The notes under the pieces: generated by a model
Database searches by the model: none
The model's input: the letters and a program-made list of their open reading frames with translations, nothing else
Told to the model about the DNA's origin: nothing
Shown: positions 39,456 to 46,959 of the stretch, in pieces
How the letters are laid out: each line of letters opens with the position of its first letter
Numbering within the stretch: the stretch's first letter is position 1
Translations under genes and position numbers: made by a program
Assembly (NCBI GenBank): GCA_029287515.1
Contig: JARFQZ010000110.1
Coordinates: 1 to 48,562, forward strand
Length of the DNA: 48,562 nt
Direction: 5' to 3'
Source of the DNA: Lysobacterales bacterium
Lineage (GTDB): Bacteria; Pseudomonadota; Gammaproteobacteria; Xanthomonadales; SZUA-36

Positions 39456-40298
39456 TTGGCCGCGCCACGGATATCATTCGAGTTCTTTCCGCCAAGGACG
39501 GCGGAACAGAAGCTCATCCTGGAATCCACGTGGCAGAAACTCGCGCCGCTGAATCCGGATTACCTGTCGGTCACTTTCGGCGCGGGCGGCTCCACTCTGG
39601 AAGCCACCCGGGAGGCCGTTGAAGCTCTTGTCGAGACCACGGGTGTCCCGGTGGCACCGCACCTTTCGTGCATGGCCAAGAGCAGGGAGATGTTGCACAG
39701 CATCCTCTATTCTTATCAGCAGAAGGGGATCAATCGGCTGGTGGTGCTTCGAGGCGACCGGCCGGATGGTCTGACCGGCCCGGGGCCCTTTCAATACGCC
39801 AATGAACTGGTGTCTTACATCCGCGAGGAGTTCGGTGCCTGGTTTCATATCGAGGTGGCGTGTTATCCGGAATTTCACCCGGAGTCACCTTCACCCCAAT
39901 CGGAAATGTTCTACTTCAAACAGAAAGTGGAGGCGGGCGCCGATGGAGCGGTCTCTCAATATTTCTACAATGCCGACAGTTATTTCCGTTTCGTGGAAGA
40001 ATGCGGTCTGGCCGGAATCGACATTCCGATCACTCCCGGCATCATGCCCATAACCAATTACCGGCAACTGGCCCGGTTTTCCGATATCTGCGGTGCAGAA
40101 ATACCGCGGTGGATACGCCGGCGACTTGAAGCCTATGGAGACGATGGCGCATCGATCCGGGCTTTCGGTCTGGACGTGGTGACGGCATTGTGTGAGCGCT
40201 TGTTGCGGGGCGGAGCGCCCGGGTTGCATATCTACACCCTGAACCGGGCAAATGCCAGCTTCCTGCTGTGGCAACGCCTGAACTCCGTGGTTTCCTGA
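39456..40298 (+). CDS. metF: Methylenetetrahydrofolate reductase
   Basis: ISFEFFPPRT...SVTFGAGGST...HLSC...LRGD...PE.HPE are MetF blocks. The TTG start lies 3 nt after the ahcY stop. Confidence 0.88.
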   Translation: MAAPRISFEFFPPRTAEQKLILESTWQKLAPLNPDYLSVTFGAGGSTLEATREAVEALVETTGVPVAPHLSCMAKSREMLHSILYSYQQKGINRLVVLRGDRPDGLTGPGPFQYANELVSYIREEFGAWFHIEVACYPEFHPESPSPQSEMFYFKQKVEAGADGAVSQYFYNADSYFRFVEECGLAGIDIPITPGIMPITNYRQLARFSDICGAEIPRWIRRRLEAYGDDGASIRAFGLDVVTALCERLLRGGAPGLHIYTLNRANASFLLWQRLNSVVS

Positions 40299-40389
40299 CG
40301 CAAATCATCCTGTTTTCGACTCTTTTATGTTTGACTGGCACTGGAGGAAAATCCCTCACAGCCGGTTCCCGCATACAGGAGGAACTCAT

Positions 40390-40740
40390 ATGAACAGGAA
40401 AGCCTTAAAATTGATGCTGGCCGGCCTTTTAACTGCAGGCTCGGGCGTTGCCATGGCCTGTGAATACAAGGCCGGAGAGACGGAATTCGTCGATTACGCC
40501 ACTTGCCGTTATGGCGAAGAAGCCATCGTGGTGGTGGATCTGCCCGAAGGTTCTGCCTGGGAGCATTGCGTTTATCAGCTGGAAGCTTTCAGGCCCGAAA
40601 AACTTCTGGCAGTCACAAAGGTAGTTAACGGCAAAGAAGAGCACAGCATAAATTCCCGGGGCAATATCGGTAACCCCTGTTACCTGACCAAGAGTCAGTG
40701 TGACAAGGCGCTGGACGCCTTCCAGGCCGCCCAGAACTGA
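40390..40740 (+). CDS. Small secreted cysteine-containing hypothetical protein
   Basis: A strong SD (AGGAGG) precedes the start. The signal peptide is MNRKALKLMLAGLLTAGSGVAMA/CE. The mature protein is about 94 aa with five Cys. No family was recognised. Confidence 0.5.
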   Translation: MNRKALKLMLAGLLTAGSGVAMACEYKAGETEFVDYATCRYGEEAIVVVDLPEGSAWEHCVYQLEAFRPEKLLAVTKVVNGKEEHSINSRGNIGNPCYLTKSQCDKALDAFQAAQN

Positions 40741-40753
40741 CCTGATTGGTTTA

Positions 40754-40812
40754 ATCTACGCCGTCGAGTGAAGCCGCCTTCCGCCTCTGGCGGGAGCAGG
40801 GAAGCGAGACTC
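40754..40812 (+). repeat. REP-like intergenic repeat, full copy A
   Basis: The reverse complement matches 44733-44791 at 50/59 positions by hand alignment. It contains the hairpin CCGCC-TCT-GGCGG (40781-40793). It fills the gap between two convergent genes. Confidence 0.65.
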
Positions 40813-40815
40813 CTT

Positions 40816-41832
40816 TTATTCGTCCCCGTAGATGGCCACGTAAACGTTGCCGTCCGCGTCAATACTTGCCCGGTACATTCCCGGTGTATTGAAAGTCAGG
40901 GCCAGTTGTCCCTTTCGGTCGGCGGCTATGATCCCGCCGCTGCCCCCCATGTTGACGAGTTGCTGCATGACTACCTCGTTGGCGGCATCCTGCAGGCTCT
41001 GGTTTTTGAACTGGATTCTTGAACAAATGTCTCGGGCAACCGTGGCTCGGATGAAGTATTCGCCATGGCCGGTAGCGCTGACCGCGCAGGAACGATTGTC
41101 AGCATAGGTGCCGGCGCCGATGAGGGGAGAATCGCCTACACGGCCCCATCGCTTGTTGGTCATGCCGCCGGTTGAAGTCGCTGCAGCCAGGTTGCCATGC
41201 GAGTCCAGCGCGACAGCGCCCACAGTGGAGAACCACCGGTCCGGCGTCTCGGACAGAAAACTGGCTCCCGGATCAGGACTGGATTTCGCTTTCTGCAGTT
41301 GCTGCCACCGGTAATCCGTAAAGAAGTACTCGTCTTCTTCAAACGCAATACCCTGTTCCCTGCCGAATTGCTCGGCGCCTTCTCCCATCAACATCACGTG
41401 AGGCGAGGCGGTCATTACTTTCTTTGCGAGCAGGACCGGGTTCCGTACATTGTGGACGGCCGCGACAGCACCGGCATCCAGGGTGGCCCCATCCATGATG
41501 GATGCGTCCAGTTCATTCTTGCCTTCTGAATTGAACACGGCGCCTTTCCCGGCATTGAAGTACGGGGAATCTTCCAGAATAGTAACGGCCCTGGTAATGG
41601 CGTCCAGGCTGGAGCCGCCCTCAGCCAGGACAGCGTGGCCGGAGCGGACGGCACGTTCCAGGGTTTGGCGGATTTCGTTCTCCCTTTCCGGTGAAAAATC
41701 CCCCTTGTTGATGGTTCCTGACCCACCGTGAACGGCGATAGCGATGGGTCTGTCTACTGCACTGGCGTCCGACATTGAAAGTACTCCGGTTATTGCGATG
41801 AAGGCCAGCAGGTAATTCTGTATACGTTTCAT
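40816..41832 (-). CDS. Periplasmic isoaspartyl peptidase / L-asparaginase (Ntn hydrolase)
   Basis: It has a signal peptide (LLAFIAITGVLSMSDASA). The blocks IAIAVHGGSG, the autoprocessing site STVGAVALD and TSTGGMTNKRWGRVGDSPLIGAGTYA are present. Confidence 0.85.
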   Translation of the reverse strand: MKRIQNYLLAFIAITGVLSMSDASAVDRPIAIAVHGGSGTINKGDFSPERENEIRQTLERAVRSGHAVLAEGGSSLDAITRAVTILEDSPYFNAGKGAVFNSEGKNELDASIMDGATLDAGAVAAVHNVRNPVLLAKKVMTASPHVMLMGEGAEQFGREQGIAFEEDEYFFTDYRWQQLQKAKSSPDPGASFLSETPDRWFSTVGAVALDSHGNLAAATSTGGMTNKRWGRVGDSPLIGAGTYADNRSCAVSATGHGEYFIRATVARDICSRIQFKNQSLQDAANEVVMQQLVNMGGSGGIIAADRKGQLALTFNTPGMYRASIDADGNVYVAIYGDE

Positions 41833-42356
41833 TCTATGATTCCCGACTGCAGCCAGTGCAGCGCTGTATAGACTTTTGGGTCCAGCATTTTTCCGTCAGC
41901 ACGCTGCTCATGGAGCCAGTCATTCACCTCGTCGAGGGCCACGGCATAGGTGATGATGTTTTCACTGCTGTCACCGCCTCCCGGACCGGTACGCACCAAT
42001 CCGTGCGCCACGACGAACGAAATGATTTCGTCGCTCATACCCGCGGAACTGGGACATTCCATCAACAGGTCAAAACGTGCTGCCGTGTATCCGGTCTCTT
42101 CTTCCAGTTCCCTCTCAGCGGCAACGAGCACTGATTCGTCCGGGTCATCATGGTCGCCCACCAGGCCGGCAGGAATTTCGATCACCGATGCGCCTACCGG
42201 CTTTCGATACTGCTCGACCAGTATGATTTCCCGGTCCGCGGTTACGGCCACAAGTGCTACGACCTTGCTTGCGTTACTCCTGCTGACAAATTCCCAGCCG
42301 TCTCTTTCCAGCATGCTGAGGTAACGACCCTTGAAATGGGTGATGTTTTTATTCAT
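41829..42356 (-). CDS. Nudix hydrolase (ADP-ribose pyrophosphatase-like)
   Basis: The Nudix box is PAGLVGDHDDPDESVLVAAERELEEETGY. The Met44 start is chosen by homologue-like N-terminus and is uncertain. The stop overlaps the downstream ATG (ATGA). Confidence 0.75.
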   Translation of the reverse strand: MNKNITHFKGRYLSMLERDGWEFVSRSNASKVVALVAVTADREIILVEQYRKPVGASVIEIPAGLVGDHDDPDESVLVAAERELEEETGYTAARFDLLMECPSSAGMSDEIISFVVAHGLVRTGPGGGDSSENIITYAVALDEVNDWLHEQRADGKMLDPKVYTALHWLQSGIIE

Positions 42357-42508
42357 AAAGTCAAATACCCGGTGGCTTTGATAAACTGGATCGATTGTAG
42401 CCTTTTGGCGGGTCCGAATACACGAATGGGCCGGCCGGAACTTAACTTGCTGTTTCTGTTCAAAGTTGGCCAGGACATAAGACAAAACCGGATTTTCAAG
42501 GAATAATC

Positions 42509-43825
42509 ATGCCAAGAACAAATTTAGTGGGCATTGCAGTGGCAATGTCTCTCCTTTTTTTCATGTCTCCAATGCTCGCCCAGACATCAGCCAGGGATTC
42601 CGAATTGGCGGAAATTTCTTCATTGGAACAACAGTCGAGGGAAGCCTTCGAGGCTGAAAAATGGGTCAAAGTCTATGTAGCCAATCTGAAATTGAATCAG
42701 CTTCGCCCGGGTGAACGTGACTACGTGGTCAACGCTGTCCGGGCGTGTGGCATGCTGAATCGGAGGTCGACGGCTTACCATTTGATGCTGGAGATGCAGA
42801 AGGAGGGTATGACATTCAACTTCAATAAGGTGCCTGAAACAGAACAGATCCGTGGCACCGAGGCTTATGAATACATCAATGATCTGCTGGTTGAAGCCGG
42901 TAAGCCCGCAGGCACGGGAATGCCGGTTTTCACACTGCAAGGCAACCCGGCCGACTACGCTGCCATTGCCTGGGATTCAAGCCGCGAAAAGTTCCTTGTA
43001 GGCACCAAGGAAAAAGGCGAAATCCTGGCCGTGTCGGATACTGGTGAGTCTGAAGTTCTTATCGGGGGAAGTGGTAAAAAAGGGCCTGGATCGGTCGCCG
43101 GGCTTGCGGTCGATTCAGAAAAAAACCGGCTGTGGGTTTCCGGGAGCGACGAAAATCGCGGCGTGCTGGTTGAGTTCAACCTCGAATCGCTGGAACCCAT
43201 TGGACGTTACGGGTTGCCTGCAGATTCATCCGCGCATGAAATTGGCAGCGTGACCGTTTCGGACAACGGCACCGCTTATGTCATTGATCGGGAAACATCG
43301 ACTATTTATCGGAAAGCTGCTGAAGGAAGTCAGCTGGAGCCATTTTTTTCCGGCCCCGACCTGGTTGACTTGACCGACCTGGCCGTAGTCGGAGATGACA
43401 GCAGGCTGTTTGTAGCTGATGCAGCCAGGGGCGTGCTGGTGATTGACCCCCTTGCAGAACAGGCCGCCTTTCTCAGTGGGCCGGAATCCCTCAACCTGGC
43501 CGGGGCCCGTGGAATTGAATACCAGGCCGGCCAGCTTTTTGTCGTCCAGGGAGCGTTTAAACCGCAACGTGTCGTTCGCCTGGCCCTGGATAATGTCAGC
43601 GGTTCGATCGTGGAATCCATCAGCCCGATGGCCAACGCTCTGGAAGTGTTCAACCAGCCGGGAATCGGCACCATTCGTGGTAATGACCTGTTCTACTTTG
43701 CCAATAATGGTGGCGAAGAAGGGTCCGGAGCCATCGTGGTCAGCACACCCCTGGATGCAGGTACGGAGGTGGCGCCACCTGACATGGACCTGTATGAAGA
43801 AGCGATTCGCTCGCGATCCCAGTGA
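42509..43825 (+). CDS. Secreted hypothetical protein: N-terminal helical region plus beta-propeller-like repeats
   Basis: The signal peptide is IAVAMSLLFFMSPMLA/QT. A helical region of about 120 aa is followed by repeated beta-strand blocks (LAVSDTGE, LWVSGSDENRGVLVEF, AYVIDRETSTIYR, LFVADAARGVLVIDP, LFVVQG). No family could be assigned by eye. Confidence 0.55.
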   Translation: MPRTNLVGIAVAMSLLFFMSPMLAQTSARDSELAEISSLEQQSREAFEAEKWVKVYVANLKLNQLRPGERDYVVNAVRACGMLNRRSTAYHLMLEMQKEGMTFNFNKVPETEQIRGTEAYEYINDLLVEAGKPAGTGMPVFTLQGNPADYAAIAWDSSREKFLVGTKEKGEILAVSDTGESEVLIGGSGKKGPGSVAGLAVDSEKNRLWVSGSDENRGVLVEFNLESLEPIGRYGLPADSSAHEIGSVTVSDNGTAYVIDRETSTIYRKAAEGSQLEPFFSGPDLVDLTDLAVVGDDSRLFVADAARGVLVIDPLAEQAAFLSGPESLNLAGARGIEYQAGQLFVVQGAFKPQRVVRLALDNVSGSIVESISPMANALEVFNQPGIGTIRGNDLFYFANNGGEEGSGAIVVSTPLDAGTEVAPPDMDLYEEAIRSRSQ

Positions 43826-43841
43826 AACACGGTAATCGTTG

Positions 43842-44726
43842 ATGGCCTTACCTTCCGTTTACCTTGTCGACGCCAGTGTGTACATTTTTCGCGCCTGGTT
43901 TTCCATGCCGGATGATTTTGTCAACAGCCGGGGTGAGCCGACCAATGCGGTCTATGGTTTTTCCGGGTTCCTGTGCAACCTGCTGGAGCAGACGGGTGCG
44001 GAGCACGTTGCCGTGGCCTTCGACGAGTCTTTGTCCAAGAGTTACCGCAACGAGATCTACCCGGAATACAAGGCGAACCGGGACCCAGCCCCCGAAGAAT
44101 TGAAACGCCAGTTTTCCTGGGCCCGGGCGGTTGCGGAAGCCATGGGTCTGCAATGCTATGCCGATGACCGCTACGAGGCCGACGACCTGATCGGAACGCT
44201 GGCCGAGTACTGGCGGGCCAGGGGCCACCCCATCTGCGTGGTGACCTCCGACAAAGACCTCGCACAACTGGTGGGCGAGCAGGATTACTGGTGGGATTTC
44301 TCCAGGAACCAGAAACTCAACGCAAAACAGCTGACCGAAAAGTTTGGTGTCATGCCGGAACAGATGGCTGATTACCTGGCCCTGACCGGTGACTCGGTTG
44401 ACAACATTCCCGGTGTTCCGGGGGTCGGGCCAAAGTCAGCCTCGGCCCTGCTGGGGCATTTCGGAAGCCTGGACACGCTTTACGAACGCCTCGACGAAGT
44501 GCAGCACCTGGGCATTCGCGGTGCGAAATCGCTCCAGAAAAAGCTGACTGATCACCGGGAGGCTGCAGAGCTGGCAAAAAAACTGACCGTCATCGAAAAA
44601 AGCGTGGAATCAGCGCTCGCCTCTCCTGAGCTGGGGCGCAGCGTGGTCGACGAAGCAAAACTTAATCGTTTGTTCGATGAACTGTCTTTCGGCGGCATGC
44701 TGCGCCAGCGATGTTTGAGAGCCTGA
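43842..44726 (+). CDS. Stand-alone 5'-3' exonuclease / flap endonuclease (PIN-like plus H3TH domains)
   Basis: VYLVDASVYIFRAWF, VAFDES...YRNEIYPEYKANR, YEADDLIGTLA, VVTSDKDLAQL and GDSVDNIPGVPGVGPKSA are the classic Pol I 5'-nuclease blocks. Confidence 0.8.
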   Translation: MALPSVYLVDASVYIFRAWFSMPDDFVNSRGEPTNAVYGFSGFLCNLLEQTGAEHVAVAFDESLSKSYRNEIYPEYKANRDPAPEELKRQFSWARAVAEAMGLQCYADDRYEADDLIGTLAEYWRARGHPICVVTSDKDLAQLVGEQDYWWDFSRNQKLNAKQLTEKFGVMPEQMADYLALTGDSVDNIPGVPGVGPKSASALLGHFGSLDTLYERLDEVQHLGIRGAKSLQKKLTDHREAAELAKKLTVIEKSVESALASPELGRSVVDEAKLNRLFDELSFGGMLRQRCLRA

Positions 44727-44732
44727 GAAGAT

Positions 44733-44791
44733 GAGTCTCTCTTCCCTGCTCCCGCATTCTGCGGAAGGCGGCTGCGCTCGACGGCGTTGAT
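44733..44791 (-). repeat. REP-like intergenic repeat, full copy B (inverted relative to copy A)
   Basis: GAGTCTCTCTTCCCTGCTCCCGCATTCTGCGGAAGGCGGCTGCGCTCGACGGCGTTGAT. The hairpin is CCGCA-TTC-TGCGG (44752-44764). A further GAGTCTCGC 9-mer at 44814-44822 equals the end of copy A. Confidence 0.65.
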
Positions 44792-44831
44792 GAGTCCGCT
44801 ATGCGGACATACTGAGTCTCGCGTCGGCGAG

Positions 44832-45446
44832 TCAGGTCAGGAGTTGGCGGCCGGCTTCTACACGTTTTCGAAGCAGGCTGTTGCGCGGGAAGTGGGCCAG
44901 CAGGAAATCCATCTGGTCAGCCAGGATCTGACGGCCCTGAAGGTAAACATACTCCGCGTGTGTCGGGGTAAACGGAATGGCGAGCAGTTCCATTCCGGCC
45001 TGTTCCGGTGTTCTGCCGGCCTTGTGATTGTTGCATCGCTTGCAGGCGGTCACCACGTTACCCCAGGTGTCCAGGCCGTTCTGGCTCAGCGGTTTGACAT
45101 GGTCGCGTGACAAGAGGGCGTTGGGAAATTGCTCGCCGCAATACAGGCATAATGACTGATCCCGCCGGAACAGGGCCTTGTTGCTCAACGGCGGGGTGTA
45201 AGATTTCGAAAACAGGTGGGTATGCGGATGGTGACCGTAACTGGCGATGATTGCGTTGACGTCGATTACGCTTTGGACACCGGAACGGGCGTTGATACCG
45301 CCGTGTATGCGGTACAAAGTCCGGCCCAGCGAATAACTTACCTGTCCCAGGAAAATGAGCCGGACGGCATCCTGGTAGCCGATCCATTCAAGCGGCATGC
45401 CGGCGACGTCTGTTCTGAGTACTTGTTGTTGGAGGTCCCTGTCCAT
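44832..45446 (-). CDS. HNH endonuclease-domain protein
   Basis: CLYCGEQ...SRDHVKPLSQNG.DTWGNVVTACKRCNNHKAGRTPEQAGM is an HNH/zinc-finger motif. The N-terminal region of about 90 aa is unassigned. The ATG at 45446 is preferred over the TTG at 45458. Confidence 0.8.
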   Translation of the reverse strand: MDRDLQQQVLRTDVAGMPLEWIGYQDAVRLIFLGQVSYSLGRTLYRIHGGINARSGVQSVIDVNAIIASYGHHPHTHLFSKSYTPPLSNKALFRRDQSLCLYCGEQFPNALLSRDHVKPLSQNGLDTWGNVVTACKRCNNHKAGRTPEQAGMELLAIPFTPTHAEYVYLQGRQILADQMDFLLAHFPRNSLLRKRVEAGRQLLT

Positions 45447-45510
45447 CCTGCGACACAATATATTGTGCTTTTATTTCAATTTTATTGCTATATATCCGGT
45501 TTTAATACAA

Positions 45511-46908
45511 ATGGCAAGTAGTATACGCCCGGGAGACGACATCGTGCATTTTTCATTCAAACAGCAAATCAGGCTGTTTTCACTGGCCCTGCTGATCATG
45601 GCGGCAGAAATTTCCTTTGCCGCGCTTCCCGCTTCGGCAGATGGTGAGCCATTACCTTCGCTTGCGCCGGTATTGGAAAAAGTCACGCCTTCAGTGGTCA
45701 ATATTTATACGCAGACCCGGGTTCGTGTGCGCAGTCCGCTGATGGAAGACCCGTTTTTCAGGCGTTTCTTCAACATACCGGACCGCCCCCGGGAACGCAT
45801 TTCACAGAGCCTGGGTTCGGGGGTGATCGTCGATGGAAGCAAGGGATATGTCCTGACCAATTTCCACGTTATTGCCGGTGCGGACGACATCTCTGTCACG
45901 CTCTCGGACGGGCGGAGTTTCGACGCGGAATTGATCGGCGCAGACCGCGACACGGACCTGGCAATGGTCCGAATCCCGGCAGAAGATTTACAGGCGATTC
46001 CTTTTGCCGATTCAAGCAAGCTGAGAGTTGGGGATTTCGTGGTCGCGGTCGGTAATCCATTCGGGTTGGGGCAAACCGTCACCTCCGGAATCGTGAGCGC
46101 TCTGGGACGGGCAGGCATTCGCGGGCTCGAGTTCCAGAATTTCATTCAAACCGATGCATCGATCAACCCGGGTAATTCGGGTGGTGCCCTGATCAACCTG
46201 AGGGGAGACCTGGTGGGCATCAACAGCGCGATTTTCACACCAAGCGGGGGCAATGTGGGCATCGGGTTTGCGATTCCTTCTGCAATGGCCCGCTACGTGA
46301 TGAATCAGCTGGCGGAGTTTGGTGAAGTACGTCGGGGTACGCTGGGTATCTCGGTGCAGGACCTGACCGGCGAACTGGCCGGTGCGTTCGACCTGGAAAA
46401 GGGCCGGGGTGTGCTGGTGGCCGAAGTTGCGGAAAAATCAGGTGCCGACAAGGCGGGTCTGAGGGCCGGTGACGTCATACTCTCCATCGCCGGGTACTCA
46501 GCCAGAAATGCACAGGAATTCCATAATTATGAAGGCCAGTTCCCGGTCGGTGAAAAACTGGAGTTGGAAATTCTCAGGGACGGCCGGGAGAAAACCCTGA
46601 AGGTCGAGGTCGAAGAGCTCAGGTCGGTTGACGGTGAGCAGGTTGACCGCAGGCTTGCCGGTGGCCGGTTCGAGGAGTTGCCGTTAAAGCAGCGCACAAC
46701 CCGGATCAGGGGCGTGCTTCTGTCCAGCCTGGAACCGGAGACCCAGCTGGCGCGCCGGGGGCTGCGCCCGGGGGACATCGTCACCGGTTGCAACCGCATG
46801 AGCATCCAGGACCTGGACGAATTCGAGGATGTTATCAAGTCGGTGCGCGGGAGCCTGTTTCTCGAGGTGCGCCGCCAGGGTAACGATTACGTCGTCCGGC
46901 TGGACTGA
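45511..46908 (+). CDS. Periplasmic serine endoprotease, DegP/DegQ (HtrA) family with two PDZ domains
   Basis: It has a signal peptide (LFSLALLIMAAEISFAALPASA/DG). The catalytic blocks are TNFHV, DTDLAMV and GNSGGALIN. Two PDZ-like regions follow. The alternative GTG start at 45544 has a better SD (GGAG, 8 nt). Confidence 0.85.
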   Translation: MASSIRPGDDIVHFSFKQQIRLFSLALLIMAAEISFAALPASADGEPLPSLAPVLEKVTPSVVNIYTQTRVRVRSPLMEDPFFRRFFNIPDRPRERISQSLGSGVIVDGSKGYVLTNFHVIAGADDISVTLSDGRSFDAELIGADRDTDLAMVRIPAEDLQAIPFADSSKLRVGDFVVAVGNPFGLGQTVTSGIVSALGRAGIRGLEFQNFIQTDASINPGNSGGALINLRGDLVGINSAIFTPSGGNVGIGFAIPSAMARYVMNQLAEFGEVRRGTLGISVQDLTGELAGAFDLEKGRGVLVAEVAEKSGADKAGLRAGDVILSIAGYSARNAQEFHNYEGQFPVGEKLELEILRDGREKTLKVEVEELRSVDGEQVDRRLAGGRFEELPLKQRTTRIRGVLLSSLEPETQLARRGLRPGDIVTGCNRMSIQDLDEFEDVIKSVRGSLFLEVRRQGNDYVVRLD

Positions 46909-46928
46909 ACGATGCAATGCCGTAGAAT
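46901..46928 (+). promoter_or_regulatory. Candidate sigma70 promoter for the M17 aminopeptidase gene
   Basis: The -35 element is TGGACT (46901-46906), followed by a 16-nt spacer and the -10 element TAGAAT (46923-46928). The -35 element overlaps the stop codon at the end of the DegP/DegQ-family gene. This is a pattern match only. Confidence 0.25.
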
Positions 46929-46959
46929 CTGATTTATGCTCCATGCACGTTTATGAAGA

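Noticed and set aside
40330-40350. TGGCAC strings examined as possible sigma54 promoters at about 40335, 23500 and 42849.
   Set aside because: None has the TTGC element at the correct 5-nt spacing, and most lie inside coding sequence.
40792-40807. A B12-box or cobalamin-riboswitch-like string (GGGAAGC) inside the repeat element.
   Set aside because: It lies downstream of genes at convergent junctions, not in a 5' leader. It is part of a repeated hairpin element and has no other riboswitch features.
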